Origin: a virus
Lineage: Duplodnaviria; Caudoviricetes
IMG/VR virus record: IMGVR_UViG_3300048852_000107
Coordinates: 1-30,460 of that record
DNA: 30,460 bases
Direction: 5' to 3' (one strand)
Shown here piece after piece: positions 27,323-30,460 of this stretch. How positions within the stretch are numbered: position 1 is the first letter of the stretch; each line of letters opens with the position of its first letter. The notes below the pieces were generated by a model. The model was not told where the DNA came from and made no database searches. It saw nothing but the letters and a program-made list of their open reading frames with translations. A program made the position numbers and the translations under genes.

Positions 27323-27640
27323 ATGGATACCGCTTTTGCACATCAAGCGTTCCGCGACGCAGTCACCGCCGCGAAGTCGCAGGGCGCCTTTGCGCGCGGC
27401 GTGGGCACCTCGCAGCAGAGAATATCGTATCTCCTGAAGCACCACCGGCTTCTGCCCGGCGAACTCGTGCTCCGTGCCGAAGATCTCACCGGCGTGTCGC
27501 GCCATCGGCTCCGTCCAGACCTTTACCCGCAGGACGACGCTGCTTCTGTCCCCCTTGCCCATGGCAGCGTCGTAGCCCCCGGCGCTCCGATCGTCGCGTG
27601 CGATCAGAGCGCCGCTTCGCACTCCGGAGCGGACGCATGA
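27323..27640 (+). CDS. Cro/YdaS-family HTH regulator
   Basis: SQGAFARGVGTSQQRIS and TGVSRHRLRPDLYP motifs. Confidence 0.85.
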   Translation: MDTAFAHQAFRDAVTAAKSQGAFARGVGTSQQRISYLLKHHRLLPGELVLRAEDLTGVSRHRLRPDLYPQDDAASVPLAHGSVVAPGAPIVACDQSAASHSGADA

Positions 27641-28131
27641 CGCTGCGTCGCGATCCCGTTACCTTCCAGCACGCGCTCACCCGCGTTGCCGCTGTGCTCA
27701 CCGTGGCGCGCATGGCGCGGACGGTGGGCCGCAGCCAGCGTCTGGTGCACAAATGGATGCACCCGGAAGCTGGCGCCTATCCCACGATTTCTCAGGCGCT
27801 CGCGCTCGATACGGCCTTCGTGGCCGCGGGCGGCGACGGTGCGCCCCTGCTCGAAACCTATGCCCAGCAGCTCGACAATGAGCTTGGCCGTCAGGTCGCC
27901 TCCCGCATCGCGCTCGCCAATGATCTGGCGACGGCCGCGAAGGAATGCGGAGAGGCGATCGCGCACGGCCTGGCCGTCTCGCAGCCGGGCTCTGGCCCGC
28001 GCGAGGCACACCGCGCGCTGGGCGAAGCTGAAGAAGCCAAGTCAGCGATGGCGGTCGTTGTCCGGCGTCTCTCGTCTTTCCTGCCGCGCGGCGCGGGGCC
28101 GCGCGGGGAAACCATGGGGGGAACCCAATGA
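27637..28131 (+). CDS. CII-like regulatory protein
   Basis: ATGA-coupled to cro; N-terminal HTH-like segment and helical AKECGEAI C-terminus; positional inference. Confidence 0.6.
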   Translation: MTLRRDPVTFQHALTRVAAVLTVARMARTVGRSQRLVHKWMHPEAGAYPTISQALALDTAFVAAGGDGAPLLETYAQQLDNELGRQVASRIALANDLATAAKECGEAIAHGLAVSQPGSGPREAHRALGEAEEAKSAMAVVVRRLSSFLPRGAGPRGETMGGTQ

Positions 28132-28442
28132 CTGCCAAAACCTACCGAAGAAATCCCGGCATCCCCTGCCCGCATTGCCTCGGGCGCACCAAGGTTCGCA
28201 CCAGCGAACAGGTCACGCGCCTGGTGCGCGAGCTCCGAATCGTCTGCGACGATATCGAATGCGGGCACAGCTTCGTCGCGCAGCTCTCCGCGATCCGCAC
28301 GGTTCGCCCCTCCGCCCGGCCAAATCCGGCGGTCCATCTGCCCCAGGGGGGCTGGAGCGTGCCGGCAAACGATCGCGAGCCGCGCCCGGCCAATGACGAC
28401 AAGCCACCTGCGGCCGAGGGGGCCACCCCCATGGGCACCTGA
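28128..28442 (+). CDS. ogr: Ogr/Delta-family zinc-finger late transcription activator
   Basis: CPHC...VRTS...C(DDIE)CGHSF and PSARPNP motifs. Confidence 0.9.
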   Translation: MTAKTYRRNPGIPCPHCLGRTKVRTSEQVTRLVRELRIVCDDIECGHSFVAQLSAIRTVRPSARPNPAVHLPQGGWSVPANDREPRPANDDKPPAAEGATPMGT

Positions 28443-28540
28443 TCCCACGGGCTAGCCGCCACCCCTCCCCGCTTCTTCCCCCCAACCCGGCAAGCACGCG
28501 CTTCCGGGCATGCCCTTCCTTTGCCTGAAAGGTCCGCCAC

Positions 28541-28957
28541 ATGCTCCATCTCGCTCTCTTCCCGAATCTGCCTGAGGCCGGGCCCGTCACGCCATGGGTC
28601 TATCTGCGGATGCGCAGACGCGCGGCGGGCCTCACGATCCGTGACGCTGCCCGCCGCCTCGCGCCCACCTCTGCCGATATCGAGCGTGTAGAGGCCCTGT
28701 TACGGCGCCTAGAGACGCCAGGGCGCCGGGCGCTCTATCGATCCACCATCGAGAGCCTGGGCACCGCATTCTCGCTCGATCCCAGCGTCTATTGGCAGCT
28801 CGTTGAGGAAGCCCCCGATCGTCACCCTCGCATCTGCCGGGATTGCGGCTGCAGTGAGCACGATGCCTGCACTTCGGCAGACGGCCACTCCACCTGTGGA
28901 TGGGTGAACGCCTTCCACTGTACGCGCTGCGCCGATGCGCGGCGGGAGGCCGCGTGA
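28541..28957 (+). CDS. HTH protein with C-terminal Cys-rich domain
   Basis: YLRMRRRAAGLTIRDAA and CRDCGCSEHDAC...C.W...CTRC. Confidence 0.72.
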   Translation: MLHLALFPNLPEAGPVTPWVYLRMRRRAAGLTIRDAARRLAPTSADIERVEALLRRLETPGRRALYRSTIESLGTAFSLDPSVYWQLVEEAPDRHPRICRDCGCSEHDACTSADGHSTCGWVNAFHCTRCADARREAA

Positions 28958-29088
28958 TGCGCGCGCGATCGCTGTGGCTCTCGCTCGCCCGCGCGCTGGC
29001 GATCGGCCTCGCCGTTTGCTTCGCGGCGGTATTCACTCTGCCGCTCGTGGCGATGACGATCGCGCGCGCCCGTTCGGAGGGCCGCTGA
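28957..29088 (+). CDS. small membrane peptide (43 aa)
   Basis: TGATG-coupled to the upstream gene; one TM segment. Confidence 0.55.
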   Translation: MRARSLWLSLARALAIGLAVCFAAVFTLPLVAMTIARARSEGR

Positions 29089-29089
29089 A

Positions 29090-29233
29090 ATGGCCCGCCC
29101 TCGCCGCAGCGCGATAATCGCCCTGGGGCTGCTGGTTGGCGTTTTAGTCGCCGGCGCGCTCGATACGCTCACCGCCGGGCCCGGCGTGGCCGTGGTCTTC
29201 GGCATCGATCCAGCGGCCGAGGTGCTCGAATGA
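29090..29233 (+). CDS. small hydrophobic peptide (47 aa, MARPRRSAIIALGLLVGVLVAG...)
   Basis: GGAGG RBS; ATGA overlap with the next gene; too short for the provided ORF track. Confidence 0.55.
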   Translation: MARPRRSAIIALGLLVGVLVAGALDTLTAGPGVAVVFGIDPAAEVLE

Positions 29234-29418
29234 GCGGCCGCGCCCACTTCCGCCAGGCCGATCTCACCCGCGCCGTCCGCGCCGCGCGGGCGGGCGGCCT
29301 CGCCGTTGTCCGGACAGAGATCGAGCCCGATGGCCGGATCGTCTTGATCCATGCCGCTGCCGCGGATCCGGCGGCGACGCCTTTTGATGCGTGGAGGGCA
29401 AGCCGCGATGCGCGTTAA
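29230..29418 (+). CDS. small basic protein upstream of the integrase, putative excisionase/RDF
   Basis: FRQADLTRAVRAA...EIEPDGRI; overlaps the int start; function inferred from position. Confidence 0.6.
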   Translation: MSGRAHFRQADLTRAVRAARAGGLAVVRTEIEPDGRIVLIHAAAADPAATPFDAWRASRDAR

Positions 29419-30460
29419 GCTGAAGGGGATCAACAGCGTCCGCAAGAAGCTCGCCGGCGGCGGATCGGTCACTTATTATTATGCCTGGAAGGGCGGCCCC
29501 CGGCTTGAGGGGGCGTTCGGCTCCCCCGAATTCATCGCGAGCTATCACCAGGCGCACGAAAAGGCGAAGCGGCGCGAATCGGATACGCTGCGCTCGCTCC
29601 TCGATGCGTTTCAGGATTCGTCGGACTTCACCGATCTCGCGCCCCGCACGCGCGCCGACTATCGCAAGCAGATCCGCGTTATCGATGCCGAGTTCGGGGA
29701 CTTCCCGCTCGCGGCGCTGGCGGATCGCCGCACCCGCGGCGAGTTCATGGCGTGGCGTGATCGCCTGGCGCTCACGTCGCGCCGCCAGGCCGATTATGCC
29801 TTCGCGGTCCTCGCGCGCACGCTCTCCTGGTCGGTCGATCGCGGCCTCGCCACCGTAAATCCGTGCAAGGCGGGCGGACGCGTTTATCGCTCCGGCCGCT
29901 CGGAGAATATCTGGACCGAGCTCGACGAAGCCGCCTTCTATGCAAAGGCGCCTGCGCACCTGCATCTGGCCCTCACGCTCGCGCTATGGACCGGCCAGCG
30001 CCAGGGTGATCTGCTCGCGCTCACCTGGGCGAATTACGACGGCAGCCATATCCGGCTGATCCAGCGCAAGACCATCCGCAAGAACCGGCGCAGCACCGGC
30101 AAGCGGATCATCATCCCTGTAGGCGCCCCCCTTAAGGCCAGGCTCGACGCGCTCGATCCTGCCGGCCGCACGCGCACCCAAACCATCCTGCTCACCGAAC
30201 GGGGCACGCCCTGGACCGAAAGCGGCTTCCGCGCCTCGTGGCGCAAGGCGTGCATCAAGGCGGGGGTGGAAGGCGTCACCTTCCACGATCTGCGCGGTAC
30301 AGCCGTTACCCGCCTCGCCCTCGCCGGAGCCACGCCGCCAGAGATCGCAACGATCACCGGCCACTCGCTCCGCGACGTCCACGAGATCCTCGACACCCAC
30401 TACCTCAGCCGCGATCCGCGCCTCGCCGAAGCGGCGATCCGCAAGCTCGAATCCGGCTGA
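29408..30460 (+). CDS. int: tyrosine recombinase/integrase
   Basis: TGQRQGD (R), FHDLRGT (HxxR), ITGH and HY catalytic residues. Confidence 0.95.
   Translation: MRVKLKGINSVRKKLAGGGSVTYYYAWKGGPRLEGAFGSPEFIASYHQAHEKAKRRESDTLRSLLDAFQDSSDFTDLAPRTRADYRKQIRVIDAEFGDFPLAALADRRTRGEFMAWRDRLALTSRRQADYAFAVLARTLSWSVDRGLATVNPCKAGGRVYRSGRSENIWTELDEAAFYAKAPAHLHLALTLALWTGQRQGDLLALTWANYDGSHIRLIQRKTIRKNRRSTGKRIIIPVGAPLKARLDALDPAGRTRTQTILLTERGTPWTESGFRASWRKACIKAGVEGVTFHDLRGTAVTRLALAGATPPEIATITGHSLRDVHEILDTHYLSRDPRLAEAAIRKLESG

Larger units (their letters stand above)
1..30460. mobile_element. P2-like prophage (head, lysis, tail, switch and integrase modules; no replication gene visible)
   Basis: Contiguous P2-type gene order Q-P-O-N-M-L-X-lysis-R-S...FI-FII-E/E'-T-U-D plus ogr and a tyrosine integrase. 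att sites are not visible, so the true ends may lie outside the window. Confidence 0.95.

Noticed and set aside
1-30460. att sites, tRNA genes, CRISPR arrays, IS elements
   Set aside because: None seen; the window ends at the integrase stop codon, so att repeats cannot be evaluated.

Overview
The whole window is a P2-like (Peduoviridae-type, contractile-tailed) prophage. It is high in GC, and the PEPxxWA-CTERM gene and GAAC-N7-GAAC box suggest an alphaproteobacterial, probably sphingomonad, host (inference). From left to right it contains: a small ORF and a broken Dam-family methyltransferase remnant; portal and terminase ATPase (minus strand); scaffold, capsid, terminase small subunit, head completion, lysis cassette and tail completion genes; a PEP-CTERM moron; baseplate J-I, tail fibre H and G; two tiny membrane-peptide ORFs; V-W, sheath, tube, E/E' (TTTTTTG frameshift), tape measure, U and D; a cargo slot with a fused nuclease-methyltransferase (type IIG-like) and a membrane-anchored unknown protein; a lambdoid-style cI/cro/cII switch followed by ogr, several small genes, a probable excisionase and a tyrosine integrase. 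The most interesting signal is an alphaproteobacterial LexA-type box directly upstream of a Cys-rich ORF that overlaps, antisense, the 3' end of a repressor lacking an autocleavage domain, which suggests an SOS induction switch. Other notable points are the absence of any replication initiator, three TGT-N13-ACA late-promoter palindromes that match a rearranged baseplate order, a WYL-like insertion in gpS, and a terminase that has lost its stop codon. All family assignments come from motif recognition by eye; no searches were run.
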